Made by a program: the position numbers and the translations under genes. The notes under the pieces were generated by a model. It saw nothing but the letters and a program-made list of their open reading frames with translations, was not told where the DNA came from and did no database searches. Below are positions 39,816-49,714 of a DNA stretch of 64,000 nucleotides, piece after piece (within the stretch, counting starts at the first letter, position 1; each line of letters opens with the position of its first letter). The stretch is from Candidatus Multivoradales bacterium. Lineage in GTDB: Bacteria; Acidobacteriota; Thermoanaerobaculia; Multivoradales; J023. The stretch spans positions 416,001 through 480,000 of the forward strand of contig CBDFLE010000006.1 in the NCBI GenBank assembly GCA_965248925.1, given 5' to 3'.

Positions 39816-42116
39816 TCAGAACGACCACTTCAACATCAGGCTGAGGTCGCGACCGGGCAACGGCGCGACATTCTTCAGCAACGAAGTATGGCTGCGAGCC
39901 TGCTGATCACTGAGATTGCGCCCGCGCAGCAGCAGGTCAACAATCTGCTGGCGCAACACCAAGCGATAACCCAGGCTGGCGTTGAGCGAGGTGTAGCCGC
40001 GACTGGGATCTTCGTTTTCGGCCACGGCAGTCTGGGAATCGACCCAACGAACCTCCGCCGTCGCGTTCCACAACTCGCTGTGGTAGTGCAGGCTGCCACC
40101 CAGCCGCAGAGGCGGGATGCGTGGCAAATTGCCACCACGGTCAAGCTCGGCGTCCACCAGATCGCCAACCAGCTCCAGGTGCAGGTGGTGCTGGTCTCGC
40201 TCCCAGAGTTCTAACCGGGCTTTCATCTCAGCTCCGCTGAAACGGGCATCGGCCTGGCTGAAAAGCACCACCGGCAGGCCCTCCTCAACCGCGCCGGTGA
40301 AAGCCTGAAAAATGAAGTCGTCGAAGTTCTGGCGAAAGAGAGTGAGCTCTCCCGATCCGCGCTCGGTCTCTACCCGAAATGACAGGTCGAGCCCCAGGCC
40401 AACCTCTTTAGTGAGCCGCGGATCGCCGATCTCAAAAGTCTGAGTGGCCGCGTGCAAACCCCGCGAGTAGAGCTCTTCGGCGGCCGCCAATTTGATCGAT
40501 CGGGAGGCCGAGAGAGCTAGCGAAAATACCTCGTTGGTCCGCCAAACCAGACCCAAGGAGGCGCTTAGGCCATCCTGCGAACGAGCCGGCAAGAGAGAGG
40601 CCGCTGTCGGCTTCGCGTCTTGCTGCTCGAAGCGGCCGCCGAACTGCCAAGTCAGCGGGCCGCTGTCGATCTCTTGCAAAACGAACAACGCCCAACGCTC
40701 GGTGGTGGTGCGGGGCAGAAATGCCTCGTCGCCGATCGCTTCGAAATCGCTGTCGGTGAAGTGCAGGCCAAAGGAGCCGCTGTACCTCCGTCCACCGACG
40801 GCGACCCGGGCCTGCTGCACGAGTTCCAAGCGAGCCTCCACAGAATCGTTGAAGAAGAAAGTGCCTTCCCGATCTCCTTCGAGCTCGACATGCTCATAGT
40901 CGGTGATACCAAGACGGACCTTCAGGCCCTCGAAACCGGTGCAGGGCTGCTTGAGCTGGGCGCGGAGGTCGAAGCGGCGTTGTTGCATGTCGATGCGCAC
41001 CGTTTCCTCACCTGCGCCTGGCGCCGACCTGCCGGGTAGACCGTAGGAGGAGTCGAAGCTGCTCAGCGCCACGCCCGCAAAGCCCCGATCACCAAAGAAT
41101 CGAGTCATCCCGAGGCGCCCGCCCTGGCTGTCGAGATCAGTGTTGGGCACAGAGCCGAAAGGGGGCTCCTCGGCACCGTTCCGGCCCAGCCGGGCAGCGC
41201 CGGGAATCTTGTAGTCGTCGGCCTGGCGAGCGATCAAATCAGCATGCCAGGCCCAGCTGCCCCGGCCGCCATCGAGCTTGGCCGACCCCAGCCGCTCGTC
41301 GCTGACCGTGCCAGCCCGCAGCTCGACCCCGCCGTGAAGGCCGGTGCTGCGACTTGAGGGAATCCGCTGGTCAATCACGTTAATCACCCCGCCGACGGCG
41401 CTCGAACCATAAAGCAGGGTGGCCGGTCCCCGCACCACCTCGATACGTTCAGCCGATCCTGGATCGGTGGCGACGGCGTGGTCGGCACTCACCCCGGAAG
41501 CGTCGCCGGTGCCAATACCTCCCTCGAGCATCCGTACCCGGTCGCCCCCCAAACCGCGAATGATCGGCCGACTGGCACCGGGACCGAAGAAGGTCGAGCT
41601 GATGCCAGGCTCGCCGGATAGGGTCTCGCCAAGGCTCGATTGGCTGCGCAGAGCGAGTGCCTGACCGCTCAGACTGGTGACCGGCGCGGCGAGCTCTAAC
41701 GGATCGCGGGCATTGGCCGAGGCCGAAACCACGATCTCCTCGAAATGGCTGCCCGGCTTGAGCTTGATCTCGATCACGGTTTCCTCGCCGGCCCGCACTT
41801 CGAGCCGCTCAACGGCGGTGCCAAGGCTCGGTATCCGCACCTCTAGTAAGTAGGCGCCCGGACGGACGGCAGGAAAGTGGAAAGAACCATCCGCCGCCAC
41901 CTCTACCTTCAGCGCCAGGTCGGGAATCGCGGCGGTGGCCAGCACCAGGTCATGGTCATGAGTCGGCTTCACCCGGCCCGCTACCGAGCCAGCCCGCGAA
42001 CCCACCACGGGCAAGCCAATCACCGGCCGGACGAGAGCCGCGAAAGAGAGAGCAAGCAACAGATAGGCGAGCGATGAAGCTCGCCGCGGCGATTTCAGAG
42101 TAGAGCTATTCATCAT
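39816..42116 (-). CDS. TonB-dependent receptor (ZnuD-like) with N-terminal beta-sandwich
   Basis: Plug FGPGASRPIIRG, S.DHAV, IEVVRGPATLLYGS.A.GGVIN; EELYS.G.H.AT; C-terminal F. Confidence 0.93.
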   Translation of the reverse strand: MMNSSTLKSPRRASSLAYLLLALSFAALVRPVIGLPVVGSRAGSVAGRVKPTHDHDLVLATAAIPDLALKVEVAADGSFHFPAVRPGAYLLEVRIPSLGTAVERLEVRAGEETVIEIKLKPGSHFEEIVVSASANARDPLELAAPVTSLSGQALALRSQSSLGETLSGEPGISSTFFGPGASRPIIRGLGGDRVRMLEGGIGTGDASGVSADHAVATDPGSAERIEVVRGPATLLYGSSAVGGVINVIDQRIPSSRSTGLHGGVELRAGTVSDERLGSAKLDGGRGSWAWHADLIARQADDYKIPGAARLGRNGAEEPPFGSVPNTDLDSQGGRLGMTRFFGDRGFAGVALSSFDSSYGLPGRSAPGAGEETVRIDMQQRRFDLRAQLKQPCTGFEGLKVRLGITDYEHVELEGDREGTFFFNDSVEARLELVQQARVAVGGRRYSGSFGLHFTDSDFEAIGDEAFLPRTTTERWALFVLQEIDSGPLTWQFGGRFEQQDAKPTAASLLPARSQDGLSASLGLVWRTNEVFSLALSASRSIKLAAAEELYSRGLHAATQTFEIGDPRLTKEVGLGLDLSFRVETERGSGELTLFRQNFDDFIFQAFTGAVEEGLPVVLFSQADARFSGAEMKARLELWERDQHHLHLELVGDLVDAELDRGGNLPRIPPLRLGGSLHYHSELWNATAEVRWVDSQTAVAENEDPSRGYTSLNASLGYRLVLRQQIVDLLLRGRNLSDQQARSHTSLLKNVAPLPGRDLSLMLKWSF

Positions 42117-42259
42117 TTGAGTTCCCAGGCGAGAAGGTCTCGCATCTATTCGAAGTGGCCGCCACCGATGGGCATCGGTCAACGCGACAGCTAGGGATCA
42201 GGCAATACCTCGCGAGGTCGGGAAAGACCGCGAAGCCAGGACGTAGGCTAGGAAACTCG

Positions 42260-42625
42260 TCAGGCGGGAGGACCGCGTAAGCTCAGGCTGCTGGGCAGCT
42301 CCTGCCACTGCGGCAGCAACACCGTAATCCGCGCTGGCGTGATGCGGGGTAGGAGACCACTGAGCAGGTAGGTTGCGCACTCGACTAGCGAGCGGTCGCC
42401 CCAGGCCATGCAGGCAACGCAATCATGGCGGTGCCGATCACCGTTGCCATATAGGCCAGGGCCACTAGCAGAGCCCCGGACAGCGGCGTCCACGAGGTGT
42501 TCGGCCTCGCATTCGTAACCGCCAAGCTGCCTTTCGGCACCGTGCTCGTGGGCTGTCCAGCCGGCCAGCAAGACCGGTATCAGGGTCAGCAACAGAGCTG
42601 GAGCGATGGTGTACAGGCGCCTCAT
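42260..42625 (-). CDS. DUF2946/CruR/CutF-like leader protein (signal peptide, CxxC, C-terminal RGPP)
   Basis: Hydrophobic N-terminus, HRHDCVAC, ends LRGPPA, directly upstream of the TonB receptor. Confidence 0.75.
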   Translation of the reverse strand: MRRLYTIAPALLLTLIPVLLAGWTAHEHGAERQLGGYECEAEHLVDAAVRGSASGPGLYGNGDRHRHDCVACMAWGDRSLVECATYLLSGLLPRITPARITVLLPQWQELPSSLSLRGPPA

Positions 42626-42640
42626 GCGTTGGCATTATAC

Positions 42641-42658
42641 ATGAGAACTCATTCTCAA
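42641..42658. promoter_or_regulatory. Fur/Zur-like inverted repeat upstream of the leader-TonB operon
   Basis: TGAGAA-CTCA-TTCTCA palindrome next to a minus-strand TATAAT. Confidence 0.5.
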
Positions 42659-42901
42659 CTAAAGAAACCAAACAGGGTGCGACAGGGTGCTGAACGGGGT
42701 GCCCCGGCGAGTGCCATCCACATCGGGCGATTTTCTCTCCAGGACTCTACTTTCGATCTTGGGCCCGCCGACGTCGTTTGAGCGGCGATCAAGAGACCGG
42801 TCTAATTCCGCCTCCGCAGCCCCCGCCGCAGAAGGGCCGCCTCTCAGCCAAAAAGTATGGTGTACAATACACGCGACTGTACACCTCTTCTGGGAGCCGC
42901 C

Positions 42902-43114
42902 ATGAGAACCAATGTAGTCTTGAACGATCGACTGGTCGAAGAAGCTTTCTCCTTGACCGGTGTAAGAACCAAGCGGGAACTCCTCGATCTGGCGCTCCAG
43001 GAGCTGGTTCGGGTGCGGCGGAAGAAGGACTTGACCGAACTCGCTGGCCGGCTTCAGCTTCGCGACGACTTCGATCACAAGGCGATGCGGGCGCTGAGCC
43101 GTGATCCTGGTTGA
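42902..43114 (+). CDS. vapB: VapB-family antitoxin
   Basis: MRTNVVLND.LV.EA..LTG..TKRELL.LALQEL; overlaps the PIN gene. Confidence 0.88.
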   Translation: MRTNVVLNDRLVEEAFSLTGVRTKRELLDLALQELVRVRRKKDLTELAGRLQLRDDFDHKAMRALSRDPG

Positions 43115-43502
43115 TACCTCCGTCTGGATAGATATCTTCCGTGATCCGAGCGGCAGCAGAGGAGCATCTCTGACCGAGTTCCTCGGCGATCATGAGGCCG
43201 TCCTCTGCCGTTTCACTCAGCTGGAACTGCTCCAGGGCTGCCGCGATGAACGGGAGTGGACGCTCCTGAAGTCTTACCTTGACACCCAAGACTACGTCGA
43301 AACCGGTACCTCGACTTGGGAAGCCGCAGCACGAATCTTCTTCGACCTTCGCCGCGGCGGTTTGACAGTACGCAGCCCGATCGACTGCTGCATCGCCCAA
43401 CTGGCCATCGCAGCCGATTTGACGCTCTTTCACCGCGATCGAGACTTCACCAACATTGCCAGCCGGTACCCTCTGCGGCAACTCCGGATCGACTGGGACT
43501 AA
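43101..43502 (+). CDS. vapC: VapC PIN-domain toxin
   Basis: ILVDTSVWI, ELLQG, DCCIA, HRDRDF. Confidence 0.92.
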   Translation: MILVDTSVWIDIFRDPSGSRGASLTEFLGDHEAVLCRFTQLELLQGCRDEREWTLLKSYLDTQDYVETGTSTWEAAARIFFDLRRGGLTVRSPIDCCIAQLAIAADLTLFHRDRDFTNIASRYPLRQLRIDWD

Positions 43503-43521
43503 CGGTCGTTGCGGCAGGGGC

Positions 43522-43567
43522 TTGACAGGCGACTCTAGTTTTTCTAAACTAAACGATCGTTCCGAAA
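43522..43567 (+). promoter_or_regulatory. Sigma70 promoter overlapping a TetR operator
   Basis: TTGACA-N17-TAAACT; operator actaaacgatcgttccgaaa matches 44199-44218 at 17/20. Confidence 0.7.
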
Positions 43568-43582
43568 TAAGAGCCCTGGACC

Positions 43583-44176
43583 ATGCCGCGACAAAAGAAT
43601 TTTGACCCTGACGAAGCCCTAGCCAAAGCCACGGAGGTGTTTTGGACTCAGGGCTATGAGGCGACTTCGGTGCAAGACTTGGTCGATGCCATGGGCATCA
43701 ACCGCTTTTCCCTCTACGACACCTTTGGTGACAAGCACTCCTTGTTCCTGGCCGCCCTCGGTCGCTATCGCGCCGAAATTGCTGGGGCTACCTTTGAGAA
43801 ACTCGAATCGGCTGAAGACGGAGTCGCGGCTATCCGCTCATTCTTTCGCCATCAGGTGCGCCACCTCGCCGGGGAGGGTGCTTTTCAGGGCTGCATGCTC
43901 ACCAATTGCACGGCTGAGCTAGCCGCCCGAGACGAGCAAGCCGCGGGCCTGGTGCGCCGAGGCATCGCCCGCTCCGAACGCGCCTTCCGCAGCGCACTAC
44001 AAAAGGCTCAAGCCGCCGGAGACCTCGCCCCCAGCCTTGACATCGATGACCTGGCCCGTTTCTTCGCCACCTCCGCCAACGGCCTCGCTCTGGTCGCCCG
44101 AGCTAGGCCAGGGCAGGACTTTCTCGACAGCACGGTAAGGGTGATCCTGGCGGCTCTTGATGGACCAAGCGGGTAG
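43583..44176 (+). CDS. TetR-family regulator (NemR/ComR-like)
   Basis: FW..GYEATS..DL...MGI...SLY.TFGDK; GCML.N. Confidence 0.92.
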   Translation: MPRQKNFDPDEALAKATEVFWTQGYEATSVQDLVDAMGINRFSLYDTFGDKHSLFLAALGRYRAEIAGATFEKLESAEDGVAAIRSFFRHQVRHLAGEGAFQGCMLTNCTAELAARDEQAAGLVRRGIARSERAFRSALQKAQAAGDLAPSLDIDDLARFFATSANGLALVARARPGQDFLDSTVRVILAALDGPSG

Positions 44177-44198
44177 CGTGCCCCTTTTTTATCCCATT

Positions 44199-44218
44199 AC
44201 TGAACGTTCGTTCCGATA
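44199..44218. promoter_or_regulatory. Second TetR operator copy, upstream of the SDR gene
   Basis: actgaacgttcgttccgata. Confidence 0.65.
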
Positions 44219-44252
44219 ACTGCCAACCAACCCATAAATTGGAGACCTCAAA

Positions 44253-44670
44253 ATGACTCAGTCCAACCCTTCCCAGCTACAAGAGAAAGTAGCCGTCGTC
44301 ACCGGTGGCAACAGCGGCATTGGCCTGGCCACCGCGCTGCGCTTCCGCGACGAGGGCGCCTCCATCGTCCTGGTCTCCTCGACCCTCAACCATCTGGGAC
44401 TGGAGGGATTCTCGGTCTACTCCGCCACCAAGGCGGCCTTGAGGTCCCTTGCCCGCACTTTCGCCAACGAGCTCAAGGGCCGCGGAATCAGAGTCAACCT
44501 GCTCTCCCTGGGCCCCGTCGAAACCCCTCTCTGCGGCCGCTTGGGCCTACCGCAATAGGCGGTAGAAGACTTTGGTGCCGGCATTGCCGAGCAGGTGCCC
44601 TTGGGCCGCTTCGGCAGCTCCGAGGAAATGGCCGCCGCCGCCGACTTGTTGGCTTCGATGCTCCGCACAC
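44253..44670 (+). pseudogene. Short-chain dehydrogenase with internal deletion and stop
   Basis: TGGNSGIG joined directly to SIVLVSS...YSATKAA; stop, then VPLGRFG..EEMA. Confidence 0.85.
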
Positions 44671-44697
44671 AACGCACCTATGGGTAACACTCCGCCC

Positions 44698-44985
44698 ATG
44701 GATACGACCATACGCAATCTCGACAATGAGATCTATCGCCAGCTCAAGGCGCATGCGGCGCGAACGGGTCGGACGATCGGCGAGGCGATCAACGAGGCAA
44801 TGCGGTTCTACTGCGCTGAGCCGAATCCCATTGATCGCTGAGGAAGCCTCTTCGATCTCGAGCCCGAACGCTCTCCCCTAGGCAGCGAGAGGTCGAGTGA
44901 GAACATCGACCAGGTGGTCTACGGAATCGATCGGTGGTCGTCCTCGACTCCGGTTTCCTGATCGCTTTTCACAACCAGCGGCTTG
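44698..44985 (+). pseudogene. Decayed antitoxin (RHH) plus PIN-toxin start
   Basis: MDTTIRNLD..IYR.LKA.AA..G.TIGE..NEA with an in-frame stop; then VVLDSGFLIA truncated. Confidence 0.7.
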
Positions 44986-45190
44986 ACCGCGGTCCCCGAG
45001 CCAGCCGGCTAGCCCGGATCCAAGGTCGAAAAAGGTGCCCGTACGAGTGCCAGGTCATCTGCTTGACAAGGTTATCGACCCGGCGGACGAGGACGGCATC
45101 TTCTAGTTACTGTGATAGCGTGAGGAAACTCTTGTATTGGGCTTGCTTGGCGGGATCTTGGCGGGCCTGGAATCTTGGTGGGTTTGGAAA

Positions 45191-45736
45191 ATGCTGTCGG
45201 CTGAAGTTGACGTCCCCTTCAATGAGCTGTTTATCCAAGCCTATCCGCGAATTGTCGGATTCTTCAAGCGCTATCCGAGAAACTCCGCAGAAGACAGCCG
45301 TGACTTAGCGCAGGAGACCTTTCTGCGGCTCTATCGAAAATGGCGAAACGAGGGTACCGAGAAGGTGCTTTCGGAAAGGTTGCTGATCACCATCGCCCTC
45401 AATATCCAGCGCAACCGGCTACGGGAATTCGCCGGGCCGCGGCATCCGATCGGTCAGATACCGCTCGAGGATGTCCACGCCGCGACCGGCCCCGGACCGG
45501 TCAAAGAAACGCTGGACCGGGAGAGCCTCGAACTGACCCGTCTGGCACTCAAGGAGCTGTCGGAACGCCAGCGCCAAACGCTGCTCTTGCAAGTCCAAGG
45601 ACATAGCCTCGATGAGATCTCCCGCATCCTACAGATCAAGCCGGGAAGCGTCGGGCACCATATCTTTCAAGCTCGAAAGAAGTTGAAGGATGCCTTGGGA
45701 GCACTCTCACCATGGGTGACAGGAGACTCGTCATGA
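45191..45736 (+). CDS. ECF sigma factor
   Basis: DLAQETFLRL, LITIALN, LSERQRQTLLL..G.S..EIS.IL.IK.GSV..HIFQAR; start may be 45137. Confidence 0.9.
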   Translation: MLSAEVDVPFNELFIQAYPRIVGFFKRYPRNSAEDSRDLAQETFLRLYRKWRNEGTEKVLSERLLITIALNIQRNRLREFAGPRHPIGQIPLEDVHAATGPGPVKETLDRESLELTRLALKELSERQRQTLLLQVQGHSLDEISRILQIKPGSVGHHIFQARKKLKDALGALSPWVTGDSS

Positions 45737-46479
45737 GCGGATTTTCCGGATCTCAAGACACACTGCTGAAAGAAATCATCCATCAAGAGCAGGCGCAGGG
45801 AGGCGCCCATCTGCGGGGTGCAGAAGTTGTCGCTTATCACGAGCAGCGCCTGGGGCCGGAGGAGCAGTCCGCAGCCCGCGAGCACCTGGTGCGCTGCCCT
45901 GAATGTCGCCACCTGCTCCTCGCCCTAGGGGATACAGCAGAGGATGTCACCTCGGCCCCAACCCCCGCCGAGCCGACCCGCGAGGCGCTGGCGGAGTTTC
46001 ATGCCAAGGTGCGAACCGCGGGAACAGAGTTACCTACTCGATCCCAGCCGATCGGCTGGTGGAAGATCGCAGCGATTGTTTTGGCGACCTCGAACTTGCT
46101 CCTCCTCGGCTGGATCAGCCTCCGCGAGCCCCCGCCCACGGCGGTCGCCGGCAATCTACTGATCGAGGACATCTACCCCATCGACGACCCCTGGCGAGAC
46201 GGCAGTCCAACGGTGATTCAGCTCAATCCCGAGGTCGAGCAGATAGGTTTTCTACTCCATCTCGGCAGCGACGCGGCGAACTCCCGACGCGAGATCCAGC
46301 TGCTGAACAGTGCTGGCGAAGTGCTGTGGCGTAGCGAGTCACTCACCGTCGACGCCCACGGAATCGCCAGCGTTGCGGTGCCCGCGGCACTGTTGCCCGC
46401 CGCTCGGTACCGGCTGCGACTCGGCGGCGACTCAGCGCAAGAATTCGCGGTGACGATCGAGACCTTCGCCCGGCCATGA
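45733..46479 (+). CDS. zf-HC2 anti-sigma factor with TM and extracytoplasmic beta domain
   Basis: HLVRCPEC zinc motif; TM; ATGA-coupled to the sigma. Confidence 0.85.
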   Translation: MSGFSGSQDTLLKEIIHQEQAQGGAHLRGAEVVAYHEQRLGPEEQSAAREHLVRCPECRHLLLALGDTAEDVTSAPTPAEPTREALAEFHAKVRTAGTELPTRSQPIGWWKIAAIVLATSNLLLLGWISLREPPPTAVAGNLLIEDIYPIDDPWRDGSPTVIQLNPEVEQIGFLLHLGSDAANSRREIQLLNSAGEVLWRSESLTVDAHGIASVAVPAALLPAARYRLRLGGDSAQEFAVTIETFARP

Positions 46480-49355
46480 GGGAACGCTGGCGCCGCTGGA
46501 CAGTGGTGGGCGTGGTGCTGGTCGGGACGGTGTGGGCTGGCCTCGTCTGCGGTCCGGGGTCGCGAGAAGACAGCGGAGAAATACAGGGCCTACCGGTGCG
46601 CGGGGAGTCGAAAAGACTCACTCTAGAGGGCGGCGCGACGGCCGTGTACCGAGTTGCTCTGCCGGTGAATCGCTATCTCGAGGTCGCGGTCGATCAGCAA
46701 GGGGCCGACGTGCTGATCGAGGTCTACGATCCCGAGGGTCTGAGAGTCCTTGAGGTCGACAGCCCCAACGGCACCGACGGCCGGGAAAACATCTCGCTGC
46801 TCAGTGAGACTAGCGGCGACTATCTCTTCGAACTACGATCCCTCAATCCGCCGGGTCGCTCGGGTAGCTTCACTTTGAGCCGTCAGGTGGACCGCGACGC
46901 CAGTGAAAAGGATCGTGCCCGCTTCGCGGTGGAGCGTGCTTTCGCCGCTGCCGAAGAGTTGTTTCGGCGCGGTACCGCCGCCGATCTGACCACTGCCCGC
47001 GAACGCTTTGGCTCGCTGTTGACTCAGTGGCAGAACCTCGGCCTGGCGGCACGGGAAGCGAACACGCAGATGCGGCGAGGCGATACTGAACGAGCCCTTG
47101 GCCTGCACTCAGAGTCGCTGACGGACTATCGTGCGGCCCTCAAACTCGCCGAGTCCCTGGGGGACACCCAGCTCCAAGTGAGTCTCTTTCTGCGCCTCGG
47201 TATAGTGCATTTTAAGATCGGCGAAGCAGAACTGGCAGACGGGTTTTTCCAGCGCTCGCTCGCCGGAGCACGGCAGATATCCTCACCGGCGGACGAGGCC
47301 GCTACGCTTCACAATCTGGCCCTCGCCGCCACCTCGAACGGCCGTTTCCGCCACGCGGTCGAACTCTACCGCCAGGCCCTGGGAATCTTCGATCGTCTCC
47401 AGCTGACCGCCGATCAGGCAAGAGCTTGGAGCAACTTGGGAGAGGTCTACAGCCGGCTTGGCGAGACCCGGCCGGCGGCTCTAGCATTCGAGCGTGCCCT
47501 CGAGCGCTTCCGTTGGCTCGGCGACCGGCGCGGCGAGGGCATTGCCCTCAACAATCTCGGCCTGCTGCACGCACGCGGTGGTGAGCTGGCGACCGCCGAG
47601 CAGATCTTCAGCGAAGCCCTGCAACTCATGCGACAAGTGGGTGACACCGCCAGTGAGGCCCGGACCGAGAACAATCTTGGCTGGATCGCGGGCCTACGTG
47701 GCGCCTTGGACGAGGCCACCTTCCACTACCAGCGAGCCCTAGGAATCGCCCAACGCCTCGGCAATCCGCGCACTGAGGCCAATCTGCTGCTCAATCTCGG
47801 CTGGCTGGCCGGAGCACGGAAGAATCTGGAAGAGTCCCTCCGACTGCACCGCGACGCCCTGGCCCGCTTCCAGGCCCTTGGCGATCCAGTCCAGCAAGCA
47901 CAGGCTCTCTATGGCATCGCCATGGCAGAACATCAAGCGGCAAGAGAAGTCCTGGCACAGGCGGCCTGCGAAGCCGCCATCGAGCAAGTCGAAACAGTCC
48001 GCCAATACATGGCCGGAGATACCCTCGGCATGGCTTTCTTTGCCACCCGCCAAGACCTCTACGACTTCTACATCGACCTGCTGATGACCCGTCACCAGCT
48101 CGACGGTGGCACCACCTACAGCCGCGCCGCCTTCGCGGCTAGCGAACGCTCCCGAGCGCGCGGCTTTCTCGACCTTCTGGCGACTGCGGAACAGGCCTGG
48201 TCGGCCGCATCACCGGTCGGTCTCGAGGCGATCCGTCAGCAGATTCTGGACGACGAGACCGCGCTCCTGCACTACCATTTGGGGTCGCCCCACAGCTACG
48301 TTTGGGTGATGACTCGGAGCAGCTTCGAAGTGCGGATCCTGCCGCGATCGGCCGCCCTCGAAGCTGTGGCGCGGCCCGCCTTGCAGCTGCTCGAGAACAG
48401 CCATCAACGTCGCTACCGGGAAGAGGCGCAGACTCGGCTTCGTCAACTGGCTTCGGCAGTCCTGTGGCCCGCCCTCGAAGGAGTGAAGGCGAACCGACTG
48501 CTGATCGTCGCCGATGGCGCGCTGGCCCGCCTGCCCTTTGCCGCCCTACCGATCCGCGGCGAGTGGCCAGGCGACCGGCCTCTGCTGGCCGCCTACGAAG
48601 TGGTCCATTTGCACTCCGCCTCGACCCTGCTGGCACTCCGTCGCGCCCGCGCTGGCCGACCTCCCGCCAAGGCTCGCCTCGCGGTGCTCGCCGACCCGGT
48701 CTACGCTCCTTCTGACCCTCGCCTGCCGGCACCGCTGGCCACCACCACTCCACCATCGGGCTCTGAGTTCCCGCGGCTGGTGGCGGCCAGCGCCGAGGCG
48801 GCCGCGATCAGCGCCTGGATCCCGGCTGATCAGCGCCTGGTCGCCACCGGAGCCGAAGCCTCCCGACAATTGGTCCTCAGCGGGCGGCTGGCCGATTTTC
48901 GGGTGCTCCACTTCGCCGTCCACAGCGTGCTCGACAGCCAGAGCCCGGATCGCTCATCCCTAGTGCTCTCGCGCTGGGACGCCGAGGGCCGGCCGGTTGA
49001 CGGATTCCTTCGCTTGCGGGACCTGCGGAACCTGAACCTACGAGCCGACACAGTGGTGCTGAGCGGCTGCAGGACAGCTTTGGGCCGGATCTGGGACGGC
49101 GAAGGCATTGTCGGCTTGCCGCAGGCGTTTCTGCTGGCCGGAGCTCGCCAAGTGATCGTCTCGCTGTTTCGCGTTCGCGACCGGGCAACGGCCGAGCTGA
49201 TGGGTCGTTTCTACCAGCGCCACTTCGGCGCCGGCATGCCGGCAGCAGCGGCCCTGCGACATGCTCAGCTTTCGATGGCCGGCGACCCGCGGTGGCAAGC
49301 ACCCGCGGATTGGGCCGGATTCGTCCTCGAAGGCGATTTTTCCCTCTCCCCCTAA
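46476..49355 (+). CDS. CHAT-domain/TPR protein with N-terminal anchor and PPC-like domain
   Basis: VDQQGADV...VDSPNG; multiple TPRs (NLG repeats); SERSRAR, LHFAVH and VLSGCRTALG catalytic motifs, WAGFVL.G. Confidence 0.93.
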   Translation: MRERWRRWTVVGVVLVGTVWAGLVCGPGSREDSGEIQGLPVRGESKRLTLEGGATAVYRVALPVNRYLEVAVDQQGADVLIEVYDPEGLRVLEVDSPNGTDGRENISLLSETSGDYLFELRSLNPPGRSGSFTLSRQVDRDASEKDRARFAVERAFAAAEELFRRGTAADLTTARERFGSLLTQWQNLGLAAREANTQMRRGDTERALGLHSESLTDYRAALKLAESLGDTQLQVSLFLRLGIVHFKIGEAELADGFFQRSLAGARQISSPADEAATLHNLALAATSNGRFRHAVELYRQALGIFDRLQLTADQARAWSNLGEVYSRLGETRPAALAFERALERFRWLGDRRGEGIALNNLGLLHARGGELATAEQIFSEALQLMRQVGDTASEARTENNLGWIAGLRGALDEATFHYQRALGIAQRLGNPRTEANLLLNLGWLAGARKNLEESLRLHRDALARFQALGDPVQQAQALYGIAMAEHQAAREVLAQAACEAAIEQVETVRQYMAGDTLGMAFFATRQDLYDFYIDLLMTRHQLDGGTTYSRAAFAASERSRARGFLDLLATAEQAWSAASPVGLEAIRQQILDDETALLHYHLGSPHSYVWVMTRSSFEVRILPRSAALEAVARPALQLLENSHQRRYREEAQTRLRQLASAVLWPALEGVKANRLLIVADGALARLPFAALPIRGEWPGDRPLLAAYEVVHLHSASTLLALRRARAGRPPAKARLAVLADPVYAPSDPRLPAPLATTTPPSGSEFPRLVAASAEAAAISAWIPADQRLVATGAEASRQLVLSGRLADFRVLHFAVHSVLDSQSPDRSSLVLSRWDAEGRPVDGFLRLRDLRNLNLRADTVVLSGCRTALGRIWDGEGIVGLPQAFLLAGARQVIVSLFRVRDRATAELMGRFYQRHFGAGMPAAAALRHAQLSMAGDPRWQAPADWAGFVLEGDFSLSP

Positions 49356-49488
49356 AGAAAGACCTCCTGACCGGGTTCTTGAAGGTCGAGGCGCCACAGC
49401 ACGGGGCGCCCAATGGACCGCCCTGGACGACGCCGACCTGTGGTCCACGTCCGAGGGGCTCTACCGAGACCACCTCAAGGGAGCCTTC

Positions 49489-49692
49489 ATGAGCGAGATC
49501 GAGAGACCCGCTGAGACCCACTCCGAGAGCCGACTGACCACGGAGCACCCACCATCCAACAGCAGCCCCAGTGGCCTGCCAAAGGCCCAAAGGGGCTCCA
49601 TTGGCACCGGGGGAAACACGCCGCAGGAACCTGGCGTGGAAAATGGCCCCCTCACTTCGCCGATCTCCGAACCGCCGGACGGTGGGGATTGA
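49489..49692 (+). CDS. Small (67 aa) acidic Pro/Ser/Gly-rich peptide
   Basis: AAGGGAG RBS; MSEIERPAET...GSIGTGG...PPDGGD between two proteases. Confidence 0.55.
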   Translation: MSEIERPAETHSESRLTTEHPPSNSSPSGLPKAQRGSIGTGGNTPQEPGVENGPLTSPISEPPDGGD

Positions 49693-49714
49693 GCTGAGTT
49701 GGAAAATCGTCCCA

